The notes beneath the pieces were generated by a model, which saw only the letters and a list, made by a program, of their open reading frames with translations, was not told where the DNA came from and made no database searches. A program made the translations under genes and the position numbers. A stretch of 64,000 nucleotides of DNA from an uncultured delta proteobacterium (lineage in GTDB: Bacteria; Desulfobacterota; SM23-61), in the NCBI GenBank assembly GCA_963712535.1, contig CAVQIK010000019.1:44791-108790 (forward strand), given 5' to 3'. Every line of letters begins with the position of its first letter. Position 1 is the first letter of the stretch. Below, piece after piece: positions 1 through 10,073 of the stretch.

Positions 1-78
1 GCTACAGCCCCTTAAGGGCTACGCAAGTGTAACACCCGCTGGCGAATGCCCCCACCCTATCTTCTATTCTTTCTTACT

Positions 79-1065
79 TTACTTGGTAGGCTCCTTTGGC
101 AATTGAGCGTAGATTTTGGTAATCCTTGCGGTTTCGTTATCCCAGTATTTGGAAAGTTCCTCATGGTTCATATAATGGACCACTTCACCCGCGGTTTCGA
201 TCGTGTTGACGAATGTTTGATCTCTCACGGCCGTCTCTAATACCCCCCTGAGCTTCGTCACAATGGGTGCAGGCGTTGCCTTCGGAACCAGGATCCCGAT
301 CCAGGCGTTGTATTCGGCGTCCACCCCGAGCTCCTTCACCGAAGGAATTTCCGGCACCGACTTAAGCCGACGGTCGCTTTGAACCGCCAGGACTCTCAAC
401 TTCTTTCCCCGGTAGAGAGGAATGGTGGAAGGACAGAATTGCGTGGTGAAATCCACATGCCCGCCGACGACGGCGGAAAGGGCGGCCGCTCCTCCTTTAT
501 GGGGCACGTGGCGACACTGAATTCCGGTAGCCTTCATCAGAAGCTCAGCGGGAACGTGACTCATCCCATAGAGACCCCCGGAACTGAAAGCATAATGTCC
601 CGGTTTTGCTTTGCAGTCTTTTACGAGGTCGTTCAGGGTTTTCCAGGGGCTGTCGTTGGGCACCGAGATCAGGGTGGGGCTCAGGATGTAGGAGCCAATG
701 AGGGTGAAGTCCTGCCGGGTCGTTAAAGGCTTGCGGCCGTTGGCCAGGTCCCATTCAACCGCGCAGGTAATGGTCGTGCAGCCCATCGTAAGCGTATAAC
801 CGTCGGGGGCAGCCTGTGCGCCCGCGTGGGTTCCGATCATCCCCGCGGCGCCGGGTTTATTCAAGATCACCACTGGCTTCCCCAGCAATTTTTCCGCCGC
901 AGCAGCAAACGCCCGTCCTGGGACTTCAAAAAAGCCGCCCGGCGGATATACGCTGATCAAGTTTACAGGTCGGGTCGGATATTCCGCCGCATACACAGCG
1001 GGGAAGCCCAGACCGATGACCAAAAACACGGTGAGGAATGTCCAAAATGATTTTCTCGATCGCAT
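79..1065 (-). CDS. tctC: Tripartite tricarboxylate transporter (TTT) periplasmic substrate-binding protein, Bug/TctC family
   Basis: 328-aa ORF with signal peptide MRSRKSFWTFLTVFLVIGLGFPAVYA, then Bug/TctC-like blocks (YPTRPV, NKPGAAG, APDGYT, VPHKGGA). Last gene of a minus-strand tctB-tctA-tctC row. Confidence 0.85.
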   Translation of the reverse strand: MRSRKSFWTFLTVFLVIGLGFPAVYAAEYPTRPVNLISVYPPGGFFEVPGRAFAAAAEKLLGKPVVILNKPGAAGMIGTHAGAQAAPDGYTLTMGCTTITCAVEWDLANGRKPLTTRQDFTLIGSYILSPTLISVPNDSPWKTLNDLVKDCKAKPGHYAFSSGGLYGMSHVPAELLMKATGIQCRHVPHKGGAAALSAVVGGHVDFTTQFCPSTIPLYRGKKLRVLAVQSDRRLKSVPEIPSVKELGVDAEYNAWIGILVPKATPAPIVTKLRGVLETAVRDQTFVNTIETAGEVVHYMNHEELSKYWDNETARITKIYAQLPKEPTK

Positions 1066-1255
1066 GATTCAGCCTCCATTCATATTTAATATCACTTCCA
1101 TCCTTGGGGACGCCTTCGAATCATGAAACGTTTCTCTTCCCACTTTGGCCGAGACAGGCAATTTAGCTTCTCCCGAGATGTGACCGTTCCATTGTCTCCC
1201 GGCGACAAGAGAGAAGGCGCTGTTCGAAGGGCTTCCTCTTTGGCCCGATTCTCAG

Positions 1256-2758
1256 TTACGCTTTTTGGGGAACTTTTTCACCCCTCCATAAAGCCCGGTA
1301 CAGATTCCAGACCAAAAGCAGCGTCGATATCCCGATAAAGACTAGGGCGATCGGGCTTTGCCAAAATATGGAAAAGGACCCTGCGCTGCGCATCAGAGAT
1401 TGCCGGAAGGTTTCCTCGAGAGTGGGCCCGATGATCAGGGCCAGAATGAAGGGAGCCAGATCATAATTTAGCTTTCTGAAAAAATAGCCCAGGACTCCGG
1501 AACCTAAAAGCACCAGCAATTCAAAAGAACTCAAATTCACCGAATACGTGCCGACCAGGCAGATCAGAAGGATAACGGGAAAAAGAATGCGAAAGGGGAT
1601 TCTGAGGAGGCTTACAAATAGGCCGACAAAGGGGAGATTCAAGGCAACCAGGATGATATTTCCGATATACATGCTGGCGATCAGGGCCCAAAATATCTGC
1701 GGTTGTTCGGAAATGAAGAGCGGCCCCGGACGAATCCCGTGGATCAGCAGGGCGATCATCATGACCGCGATGGCCGGTCCCGTTGGAATTCCCAAGCGCC
1801 AGGAAAGGGATCATGGCTCCGCCGGTGGCGGCATTGTTGGCTGTTTCCGGTCCGGCGACGCCCTCGATGCGGCCCGTTCCGAATTCTTCCGGCCTATTGG
1901 CCAGCCTCTTTTCGGTCATATAGCTGACGAAACTGGATAATATATGGGCGGAGCCGGGCAACAGACCGATAAAAAAACCGATTCCCGATCCGCGCAGCAT
2001 GGGCGCCCAGGACGCGCGGAGCTCTTCGCGATTGGGGAAAAGTTCGCGAAATCGGGGTTTATACACCTCCCGAACCATGCTTTCCTCGAGTGGAGCAAAG
2101 GATTTCTCCAAAACCGAAGGCGCCCAGGGCTACGGGGACAAATCCGATTCCATCATAAAGATCCTGAATTCCGAAGGTAAAACGCAAGGTCCCCGTTAAG
2201 GAATCCATGCCCACCGTTCCTAAGAGGAGGCCGAATATGACCATCGCCATGCTTTTGATAAAGGAGCCTGTGCCCAGGGAGCCGAGCAAAAAAAAGGCCA
2301 CCAACAGAAGTGAAAACATTTCGGGAGGGCCGAATTTCATGGCCAAATTCGCCAGGAGAGGGGCTAGATAACATGATGCCCATTACGGCAAGAGTGCCCC
2401 CCACCCAGGACCCCCACGCGGCAATAAAGAGAGCGGCGCCGGCCCGCCCTTTGCGGGTCATCTGGTACCCATCAAGACAGGTTACGATCGAAGCGGATTC
2501 TCCGGGGATATTCATCAAAATGGAGGTGGTCGAGCCTCCAAACATGGCCCCATAATAAATTCCGGCCAGCATGATGATTGCCCCGGTCACCTCCAGTCCA
2601 TAGGTAACCGGGATCAGAAGAGCAATGCCGGCCAAGGGGCCGATCGCCAGGCAAAACCCCCACCATTGAACCCCACAGGCATCCAATAAAGCAAAGGTAG
2701 ATATTCTGCAGGTTAGAGCTGTCTGAAACCCGCCCATCAAATTATTGAACAGATCCAT
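1256..2758 (-). pseudogene. tctA: TTT large permease TctA, frame-disrupted
   Basis: Four overlapping minus-strand fragments (2153..2758, 2059..2346, 1521..2111, 1256..1795). Joined, they are colinear with the intact 500-aa paralog at 8011..9513 ([43 protein letters not shown]). At least 3 frame changes, plus a probable compensated pair near 2640-2680 (fragment MVGVLPG in ORF 2472..2666). Confidence 0.8.
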
Positions 2759-2794
2759 CCTGGGGAAAAGTCCTTTCAGAACGTGACGGTAGTT

Positions 2795-3223
2795 TCACAA
2801 ATTCCACGGACCCAAAGGAAGATGAATTCCGAGAGTTTTTCCAAACAAATACCAGCTCCCGACAGCTAGAATTCCGGAAAGCCCCGCAGAAAACAAAATT
2901 TTGAATCGGCAGACGAATAAAAAAAGACTGAAAAGATAGAGGAAAGAAGTCGCGATATAACCCAACCGGTCCATGAGGACAATGAAGGCCAGGGTAAGCA
3001 AGATGATCGCCAGAGGATTTCCCAGGTTGGTCAAGTCTTTTCTCCACTCGATATTCGCTTTTTGTTCCTTCGAGAAAAAAACCAGGAGGCCTATTGTAGA
3101 AAGCAAAAGTGAGAGGGCGAGGGGGAAAATCGCAGGGCCGGGTTGGGTCAATTTGCCCATCGGAAGCTTAATGGAAAGCAAAAAAAAAGAAACCCCCACA
3201 AAAAAGGAAAAACAATCCTCCAA
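2795..3223 (-). CDS. tctB: TTT small membrane subunit, TctB family
   Basis: 142-aa polytopic hydrophobic ORF immediately upstream (minus strand) of tctA. Size and topology match the paralog at 9529..9981. Confidence 0.65.
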   Translation of the reverse strand: MEDCFSFFVGVSFFLLSIKLPMGKLTQPGPAIFPLALSLLLSTIGLLVFFSKEQKANIEWRKDLTNLGNPLAIILLTLAFIVLMDRLGYIATSFLYLFSLFLFVCRFKILFSAGLSGILAVGSWYLFGKTLGIHLPLGPWNL

Positions 3224-3595
3224 TCTGGTCTCTTTTCATGGCTGAAAGAACTCTATAAGAATCGGCTGGGGGTGTCAAGGGAAACTGATGCTTTATTAGG
3301 AACATCAACGCAAAGCGGTACGGGACACCTTTTGGCCTTTAATCTTTCGAAATTGTTCGGGCAGAGGAATGATTTCTTGCCTCCTCCCCGAGGGATGATG
3401 GCGTTTTCGATGAGTGGGGGGTGGAGCCCGCTGTGGCTTCATTGTACACTCCACCTCTCCCCCTTCCTCTTGGGTTTTTGACGGGGACCCTATTGAGGAG
3501 AATTTCTGCCCGCCTTGATCAGCCCGGATTGATGACGTCTTGGAAGATATCGGATGGAGAGGGGATACCTTCAAACCGAGAATATTAATTAAAAG

Positions 3596-3624
3596 TTGAC
3601 AGGCTTGAATGTAATCGGTAGATT
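3596..3624 (+). promoter_or_regulatory. Candidate sigma70-type promoter for the flavoprotein operon
   Basis: TTGACA (3596-3601), 17-nt spacer, TAGATT (3619-3624), about 78 nt upstream of the ATG at 3702. Lies in a divergent intergenic region. Confidence 0.35.
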
Positions 3625-3701
3625 TCAAAAAGAAAGTGAGTGATTTAAGCTCAGATTCTATTCCAATCTAGACTCATAACCCCCGCCGGAAGAATCAGGT
3701 C

Positions 3702-5393
3702 ATGAAGGAAAATCCCGAAAAGATTCAAACCGATGTTTTAATCATTGGGGGAGGAAGTGCGGGCTGTTGGGCAGCTCTAAAGGGGAGCGAAGAAAATGTG
3801 AACGTACTTTTGCTGAATCAGTATCCCATGGGAAGATCCGGAACCACGATTCTGGGCCTGATGACCTACCAGGCCGTGATGGGAGACCTGGGCCTGCATC
3901 CCGAGGATACGGAAGACATATTTTTTGCTGACGTCGTAAAAGGAGGCGCTTGCCTGGGGGATCAAAATCTCATCGAGATCATGGTCCAGCGGAGCAAACA
4001 GACGGTACTGGATTATGAGAAGCTGGGGGTAAACTGGGATAAAGTGGGCGGGAAATACGATTCTGCCCAGCTTCCCGGAATGACCCATCCCCGGGGGTGT
4101 TTCGTTGACCATCGAACGGGGCAGGCCCTGCAAAATGCACTTGTGAGAGCCATCAAGAGGAGAAAAAATATCGCCTACCTCGAACAGAAGGTGATCAGGC
4201 TCCTCCAGAAAGACAACAGAGTTGTCGGCGCTTTAGCCTGGCACATCGGCAAAGGCACCCTCACGTATATTTCGGCTAAATCCGTGGTCATGGCTACGGG
4301 AGGTCTGGGAAGGCTTTTCAAGTTGACGAGTATGCCCGAGGACGCCAAAGGGGATGGAATGGCCTTGGCCTACCGGGCAGGGGCGGAGTTGATCGATTTG
4401 GAATTCCAACAGTTTTTTCCCGGCACGTTGGTATTTCCCGACTTCCTGAGGGGTTTGAACGCCCCCTATACAACCGTTCTTCCGCTGGGCGCCCGTATTC
4501 TGAATGGGCGAGGGGAAAGATTCATGCATCATTATTTCCCTGAAGGGGAATATCAAACCAGGGACAGAGCTTCCATTATCTACCTTAAAGAGATTCAGAA
4601 AGGGAATGGCTCCCCACACGGGGCGGTTTATCTGGATGTTTCCCGGGTGGAGGATATTGCGAAGAAATTTCCCACCTCCTTTGGAATGTATCAAGAAGAG
4701 GGTCTGGATTTAAAGCAGGAATGGCTGGAAATTGCTCCCGGACACCACTATTCCATCGGTGGAATCAGGAGAAATGAACGGGGAGAAACAACGATACCCG
4801 GATTATATGCGGCCGGTGAAGTGTCGGGGAATCTTCATGGGGCCAATCGGATTGGAGGGAACGCTCTGCCCGAATGTGCCGTGTCCGGACAGATTGCAGG
4901 GAGATCTGCGGCACTCCACTCCAAGACCATAAAGGAACCTGATATTTCGTTACCGGAGATGAAAGAGGACATCCATGACATGGAGCAGCTTATGGAGGAG
5001 GGGAAAAAGGGGGAATTCCGCCCTTGGGCAATCGCAAGGGAATTGCAGGATCTCATGTACGAGAAAGCAGGGGTGATCAGGGATGAAAAGGGATTGCGGG
5101 AAGCCATCGAGGGAATTCGCGGGCTGAAGTCTAAGACAGAAAGGCTCCAAATAAACCCCGGAAGGATTTACAATAAAGAACTCATCGATGCTCTCGACTT
5201 ACATAATATGCTTCTGATGGCTGAGTTGATAACCGCTAGCGCTATATCCAGGAAAGAAAGTCGGGGTGCCCACTATCGGGCGGACTTTCCTCAGCAAGAC
5301 GATCAGAATTGGGAAAAACACACAGTCGTAAGAGTAGAAAACGGGAAAATGATTTTGGGCACGCGGCCGGTGATTAAAAAAAGAAAAAGATGA
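3702..5393 (+). CDS. FAD-dependent oxidoreductase, succinate dehydrogenase/fumarate reductase/L-aspartate oxidase flavoprotein family
   Basis: 563 aa. N-terminal dinucleotide fold DVLIIGGGSAGCWAAL and C-terminal ESRGAHYRADFP block typical of SdhA/FrdA/NadB/AprA-type flavoproteins. The covalent-FAD His context of SdhA is not evident (RSGTTILGLMTYQAV). Confidence 0.8.
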   Translation: MKENPEKIQTDVLIIGGGSAGCWAALKGSEENVNVLLLNQYPMGRSGTTILGLMTYQAVMGDLGLHPEDTEDIFFADVVKGGACLGDQNLIEIMVQRSKQTVLDYEKLGVNWDKVGGKYDSAQLPGMTHPRGCFVDHRTGQALQNALVRAIKRRKNIAYLEQKVIRLLQKDNRVVGALAWHIGKGTLTYISAKSVVMATGGLGRLFKLTSMPEDAKGDGMALAYRAGAELIDLEFQQFFPGTLVFPDFLRGLNAPYTTVLPLGARILNGRGERFMHHYFPEGEYQTRDRASIIYLKEIQKGNGSPHGAVYLDVSRVEDIAKKFPTSFGMYQEEGLDLKQEWLEIAPGHHYSIGGIRRNERGETTIPGLYAAGEVSGNLHGANRIGGNALPECAVSGQIAGRSAALHSKTIKEPDISLPEMKEDIHDMEQLMEEGKKGEFRPWAIARELQDLMYEKAGVIRDEKGLREAIEGIRGLKSKTERLQINPGRIYNKELIDALDLHNMLLMAELITASAISRKESRGAHYRADFPQQDDQNWEKHTVVRVENGKMILGTRPVIKKRKR

Positions 5394-5476
5394 CAACCGG
5401 TCATGGACCTTGGAACCCGGGAGTCATTGCATGCTTCTGCATTAAGAGATGACCATCCCTCAGGCCAGGAAGAGAA

Positions 5477-5818
5477 ATGATGGAACGAGGAAAAATTACA
5501 TTAAAGGTCTTTCGCTTTGATCCCACGGCGGATTCTCGGCCGTTCTTCCAGGAATATGAAGTGGAGAGGTCGGAAAAGATGTCCGTTCTGACTGCAGTCC
5601 GTCAAATTTATGAAAACCTGGATGGGTCTTTGTCGTTCAGCGGATATTTTTGCTACCGAAAATTGTGCGGGCTTTGTCAGATGAAGATCAATGGGAAAAA
5701 CCGCCTGAGCTGCCGGACCCGGGTCGAGGACGGGATGATCATCGAACCCGCCCCCGGTTACGCTCTGATCAAAGATCTGGCTGTCGATTTCACGGGCGAT
5801 AAATTTAAAAAGCCTTGA
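5477..5818 (+). CDS. Stand-alone [2Fe-2S] ferredoxin-like protein equivalent to the N-terminal domain of SdhB/FrdB
   Basis: 113 aa. KITLKVFRFDP start, C-x4-C-x2-C-x11-C (CYRKLCGLCQMKINGKNRLSC) and IKDLAVD end. It stops where the 4Fe-4S/3Fe-4S domain of SdhB would begin. Confidence 0.7.
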   Translation: MMERGKITLKVFRFDPTADSRPFFQEYEVERSEKMSVLTAVRQIYENLDGSLSFSGYFCYRKLCGLCQMKINGKNRLSCRTRVEDGMIIEPAPGYALIKDLAVDFTGDKFKKP

Positions 5819-5868
5819 CCCTCAGAGGACAGAGAGTAGCACGGTCTGCCCTTTGATTGTGCGGAACT

Positions 5869-6087
5869 GTTTATAGAGGACCGCAAAAGTAATGCAACGG
5901 GAGTCTCGCGATTCTGACATGTTTTTGTGACCTTTTCGCAGTGCTCACCTTAACCTCCCCCTTTGGAAAAGGGGGATTGAGGGGGATTTTCCTGGGTCTC
6001 AAATCCCCCCTCGCCCCCCTTTGCTAAAGGGGGGTAATTCGGTAGGAATGTGCCGATGTTGCATTACTTATGTTGCTCTCTATAAAC
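5869..6087. repeat. Foldback repeat carrying a double C/G-tract palindrome core (family P, copy 1)
   Basis: Core 5954-6034: CCCCCTTTGGAAAAGGGGGATTGAGGGGGATTTTC...AAATCCCCCCTCGCCCCCCTTTGCTAAAGGGGGG. Outer inverted repeat 5869-5898 (gtttatagaggaccgcaaaagtaatgcaac) against 6058-6087. Confidence 0.85.
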
Positions 6088-6200
6088 CTTCTGAGTTTCA
6101 AGGTTCCGCTCACCTCGCAGGAGCCTAACAATGAGCTATGCGCCCAATTTCTGATGCTCCATGCTTCGGGCTACACCATTTTTTGGTTAGGAGGTAAATC

Positions 6201-7352
6201 ATGTCTTACGAGTATCTGGGAGAAAATGTCATTCCCGTAAAGTTGGCCAAGGAGGTTGAAAGGGTCGAAGAAAAACTCGTACCCTTAAAACCGAAAGATG
6301 AAGAGCGGGCCAAGAGGCTTCATGCGGAATCCATCGTCATCGACTTCCACATCCACCTCACCATCCTTCCCGAGAATATGCAGGAGATGGAGTTGCTGGC
6401 CAGGTCGGGAAGGCCCGCCACCGGATTTGAGGGGGTTAAGAGGTCCGGGATGACCGCTTGCCTGAGCGGGTACGGCGGATCGATGGGCCGGCGTTCTTCC
6501 CCAACCCCCTGGCAGCTTCAGGATGTGATCTGGGACCTTGGAATCCGGACAGCGGATAATGATCATCATCCCGATGTGGTCATGCGAGGGTATTCCGTGA
6601 AGGATATTCTGGAGGCGAAGAAAAGCGGCAAGACCGCCATCCTGGCAACAGTCGAAAACGGCCAGATGATCGACAACGACCTGGACCGGGTGGACATGCT
6701 CTACGGTCTCGGTGTCCGTTGTCTGGGTCTTTCGTATAATGCCCGGACTACCCTGGGAGATGGCTGTACGGAAAGAACCGATGCCGGGTTGAGTACGTTG
6801 GGCTTTAAGGTCGTCGAAAGGATGAACCGCCTGGGCATGCTCATCGACCTTTCCCACAGCTCTGACCTGGCCAGCAAAGAGACCATCGAGGCATCGAAGG
6901 CCCCCTGCTGCTTCACGCACACCTTTGCCCGGGGGATTTTCGACAATCCCCGCGGGAAATCGGACGACCTCCTCAAGCTTATCGCCCGGCGGGGGGGCGT
7001 CATCGGGATGGCGGCTGTCCCCAACCTCATCAGCCATAAGCCTGTCCAAACGATCTTCGACGTCCTCGACCATCTGGATTACATCGTCAAACTGGTAGGC
7101 ATCGACCATGTGGCCATAGGGACCGACTGCATGTTCGGCGACCACGTGGCCATGCACAAGAATATGCGGAAAGTCATGGATATGACCAAAGCCCTGAACG
7201 AATTCCCGGCACCTTACGTCGAATATATCGAAAACCCGGGACAATGGCCGAATTTTACGCGGGCATTAGTCTCCAGGGGCTACGCGGATGAAGAGATTAA
7301 AAAGATTCTCGGCGATAATGTCTTGAGGTTACTGCGGCAAACGATTGGATAG
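6201..7352 (+). CDS. Membrane (renal-type) dipeptidase, peptidase family M19
   Basis: 383 aa with M19-like blocks (VIDFHIHL, GVRCLGLSYN, IDLSHSS, IGTD). Confidence 0.8.
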   Translation: MSYEYLGENVIPVKLAKEVERVEEKLVPLKPKDEERAKRLHAESIVIDFHIHLTILPENMQEMELLARSGRPATGFEGVKRSGMTACLSGYGGSMGRRSSPTPWQLQDVIWDLGIRTADNDHHPDVVMRGYSVKDILEAKKSGKTAILATVENGQMIDNDLDRVDMLYGLGVRCLGLSYNARTTLGDGCTERTDAGLSTLGFKVVERMNRLGMLIDLSHSSDLASKETIEASKAPCCFTHTFARGIFDNPRGKSDDLLKLIARRGGVIGMAAVPNLISHKPVQTIFDVLDHLDYIVKLVGIDHVAIGTDCMFGDHVAMHKNMRKVMDMTKALNEFPAPYVEYIENPGQWPNFTRALVSRGYADEEIKKILGDNVLRLLRQTIG

Positions 7353-7457
7353 CGGATAAATGGCTCATAGCCTAAGGCTCGAAGGAAAACCAGAGATCTG
7401 AGCATGAACTATAGTGCCCGACCAAAGAAAGTGGACATTGCATGGGCAATCCCTGGT

Positions 7458-7822
7458 AAATCCCCCCCAACCCCCCTTTATCAAAGGGAAGCTGTGAAAA
7501 AATTAAACTGTGAGTCAAATAAACCAGTCTTGTTGTCCGGGGGACGGAAAAAATTTGCAGGCCAAAATCGGCGGGAGATTTCTGATGTCCAATGGGTTTA
7601 CCTGAGTTCCGCAAAGGAACGCCGGCAAACCCGAGCTAAACCCTGGTAAATATTAATAGCCTTCCATTGTAGTGTTTCATAAGTTCAGTACACCGCGGGC
7701 GGAGAAGGAACGAGCGCCTCTTTTGGCCTGCAAATTTTTGCCGTCCCCTGGACATGGTAACGCCCTTCAATTTCCCGGCGGCTGATTTTTTCACAGCTTC
7801 AGGGGGGGCAGGGGGGATTTTA
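7458..7822. repeat. Family P palindrome interrupted by a family A foldback element (copy 2)
   Basis: Left arm AAATCCCCCCCAACCCCCCTTTATCAAAGGG (7458-7488). Right arm AGGGGGGGCAGGGGGGATTTT (7801-7821). They are separated by the 312-bp element at 7489-7800. Confidence 0.8.
7489..7800. mobile_element. Family A foldback element (MITE-like), copy A1
   Basis: Terminal inverted repeats AAGCTGTGAAAAAAT / ATTTTTTCACAGCTT. Internal 34-nt stem 7534-7567 pairs with 7721-7754 (2 mismatches). Close to copy A2 along most of its length. No consistent ORF. Confidence 0.75.
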
Positions 7823-8010
7823 CGGCGAGACATAAGTCAATAAGAGGCAACTGGATGTCGACTTACTTAAGCCGTTCACTATCGTTGCAATGATCCGCCA
7901 AACTCCATATTCCCGATGCGTTTTGCGAATGGCGCTGTCTCTCCGGAAAGCTCTTGGATGATTTTCTTTTCTGGTTCGATAGTCCTCATTCTTGGGAAGG
8001 AACCCCTTTC

Positions 8011-9513
8011 TCATTCCTTCAATTGGAGCCGTTCTTTCCCGATCAGTTTCAGAATGATTGGGGAAAATAAAATCACGGCCGCGGCAAACACGAAGATGGC
8101 CGAAATCGGCCGGGTTACGAAGATCGAGGGACTGCCGCTGGAAATGATGAGGGATTGCCGGAAAGCCCTCTCCATGATGGGCCCGAGGACCAGGGCCAGA
8201 ACCAGGGGCGCGGGCTCATACTCGAATTTTTTCATCAGGTACCCGACGACTCCGAAAACCATCATGACATAAATATCGTAAACGGTATTCCCCGTCGTGT
8301 AGGCGCCAATCAAACAAAAGAAAAGGATCAAAGGGAAGAGGAGGGTGTAGCGAAGCTTCAGGAGCTTCACCCACATGCCAATCAGGGGCAGGTTGATTAC
8401 GAGCAACATAACATTGCCCAGATACATGCTGCCTACAATGCCGTAAAAGACCTCGGAATGCTCGATGATCAGGCGAGGTCCCGGTTCAACGCCGTGGATC
8501 ATGAGGCCGCCCATCAGGATGGCGATGACGACGTTGCAGGGGATTCCCAGGGTCAGGAGAGGGACAAAGGCCCCTCCGGCGCCGGAATTGTTCGCGCTCT
8601 CAGGACCCGCAACCCCGCGGATATTTCCATGGCCAAAGGTTTCCGGCTCATGGGAAATTTTTTTCTCCACCGCATAGCTGATAAAGGAAGCCAGCAGGGC
8701 ACCCCCTCCGGGGATGACCCCCAAGAAGAAGCCTAAAATTGAACCGCGGGTGATCGCTCCGGCGGAATCCTTCAGGTCTTTACGGTTGGGCCAAATATTA
8801 TGGATTTCTGTTTGAGTAATTTCCGCCCTTTCGTAGGCCTGCTCGATGTTCAGCATAACCTCAGAAATTCCAAACAGTCCCATGACTACCGGGACTAATC
8901 CTACCCCATCCAACAAAACCGCAAGTCCAAAGGTAAACCTCTCCACGCCGGTAACGATATCGACCCCGATGAAGCCCAAAAGCAATCCCACGCAGGCCAT
9001 GATCAGGGCTTTCAGCATGGAGCCGCTGGCCAGGTAGGTCACCAGGGTGAGTCCCAGGAACGACAGGGAAACGAACTCGGGGGGACCGAACTTGAGAGCC
9101 ATGCTGGACACCGGAGGGGCAAGAAGCATGAGCATGACTACGGCAAAAGTCCCGGCCACAAAGGAGCCGATGGCAGCGATCCCCAGGGCCGGGCCGGCCC
9201 GCCCTTTCTGGGCCATTTGATAACCATCCAGGCAAGTAACGACCGATGCCGCCTCTCCGGGAATATTGACGAGGATAGAGGTCGTCGAACCCCCGTACAT
9301 CGCTCCGTAGTAAATGCCGGAAAGCAGGATGAGGGCCTGCACCGGGTTCAGGGAAAATGTCAAAGGAAGCAGCAAAGACATCGAGGCCGCCGGACCGAGC
9401 CCCGGAAGAACGCCGACGAAAGTTCCGACGAGACACCCGCAAAAGCACAGGAATAAATTGATGGGATCCAGGGCAATCTTAAAGGACAGTAGGAGATGGG
9501 TTAAGGGATCCAT
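8011..9513 (-). CDS. tctA: TTT large permease TctA (intact)
   Basis: 500-aa polytopic ORF with TctA blocks ([47 protein letters not shown]). Confidence 0.9.
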   Translation of the reverse strand: MDPLTHLLLSFKIALDPINLFLCFCGCLVGTFVGVLPGLGPAASMSLLLPLTFSLNPVQALILLSGIYYGAMYGGSTTSILVNIPGEAASVVTCLDGYQMAQKGRAGPALGIAAIGSFVAGTFAVVMLMLLAPPVSSMALKFGPPEFVSLSFLGLTLVTYLASGSMLKALIMACVGLLLGFIGVDIVTGVERFTFGLAVLLDGVGLVPVVMGLFGISEVMLNIEQAYERAEITQTEIHNIWPNRKDLKDSAGAITRGSILGFFLGVIPGGGALLASFISYAVEKKISHEPETFGHGNIRGVAGPESANNSGAGGAFVPLLTLGIPCNVVIAILMGGLMIHGVEPGPRLIIEHSEVFYGIVGSMYLGNVMLLVINLPLIGMWVKLLKLRYTLLFPLILFFCLIGAYTTGNTVYDIYVMMVFGVVGYLMKKFEYEPAPLVLALVLGPIMERAFRQSLIISSGSPSIFVTRPISAIFVFAAAVILFSPIILKLIGKERLQLKE

Positions 9514-9528
9514 GAAAACTCTCGCAAA

Positions 9529-9981
9529 TCAGATTCCCAAAATTCCTCTGGGTAATTCCACCTGCAAAGCGGTAAAGAGCAGATAGGAGAGAACCGCCGT
9601 CAATAGGGAAAAGGACAAAGCAGTGACCCATTTTTCCCTTCCAACCAAGGCCAGGACACAAACCAGGAACAAAAAGGTCGTCAGCATAAAGCCGAGTGAT
9701 TTCAATAAAAGGCCGTAGCCGACGATGCTCACTAAGGCCAGGATCAATTTACGAAGACTGCTCTTCTCGGGGAAAAACTTCTTTAAAGGGATAGATTCTT
9801 TGGTCAAGGCTTGGACCACAACGACCAGAGACAAGCCGATGGAAATGAGGCCCACAATGAAGGGAAGGCTGCCCGGGCCCGGAATTCCCTGGCGAACCAA
9901 ACCCTGCTGCAACCCTCCGATGGCAAAGACGGCTCCAAAGCCGATCCAAAATAGGCCCGAGATCAAATCGCGATTTTTCAT
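9529..9981 (-). CDS. tctB: TTT small membrane subunit, TctB family
   Basis: 150-aa ORF with four hydrophobic helices, 16 nt upstream (minus strand) of tctA. Confidence 0.75.
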   Translation of the reverse strand: MKNRDLISGLFWIGFGAVFAIGGLQQGLVRQGIPGPGSLPFIVGLISIGLSLVVVVQALTKESIPLKKFFPEKSSLRKLILALVSIVGYGLLLKSLGFMLTTFLFLVCVLALVGREKWVTALSFSLLTAVLSYLLFTALQVELPRGILGI

Positions 9982-10073
9982 GCGTTGCCCACACTCAAAT
10001 CAGATTCGGCCGATGAACTTTATCCATCCTTCCCTCTCTTTAAAAAAAGGAGAATTCCCCTTTTCGGGAATAG

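Noticed and set aside
1-78. Partial gene or terminator at the left edge
   Set aside because: Only a short imperfect hairpin (AGCCCCTTAAGGGCT) lies downstream of tctC on the minus strand, with no U-tract and no recognisable coding signal. The evidence is insufficient to annotate it.
5819-6200. The SdhB-like gene truncated by insertion of the family P foldback
   Set aside because: No Cys-rich remnant of a 4Fe-4S/3Fe-4S domain is readable in any frame on either side of the element, and the ORF ends cleanly at the domain boundary. I cannot support a truncation event. It is kept only as a possibility under the flavoprotein finding.
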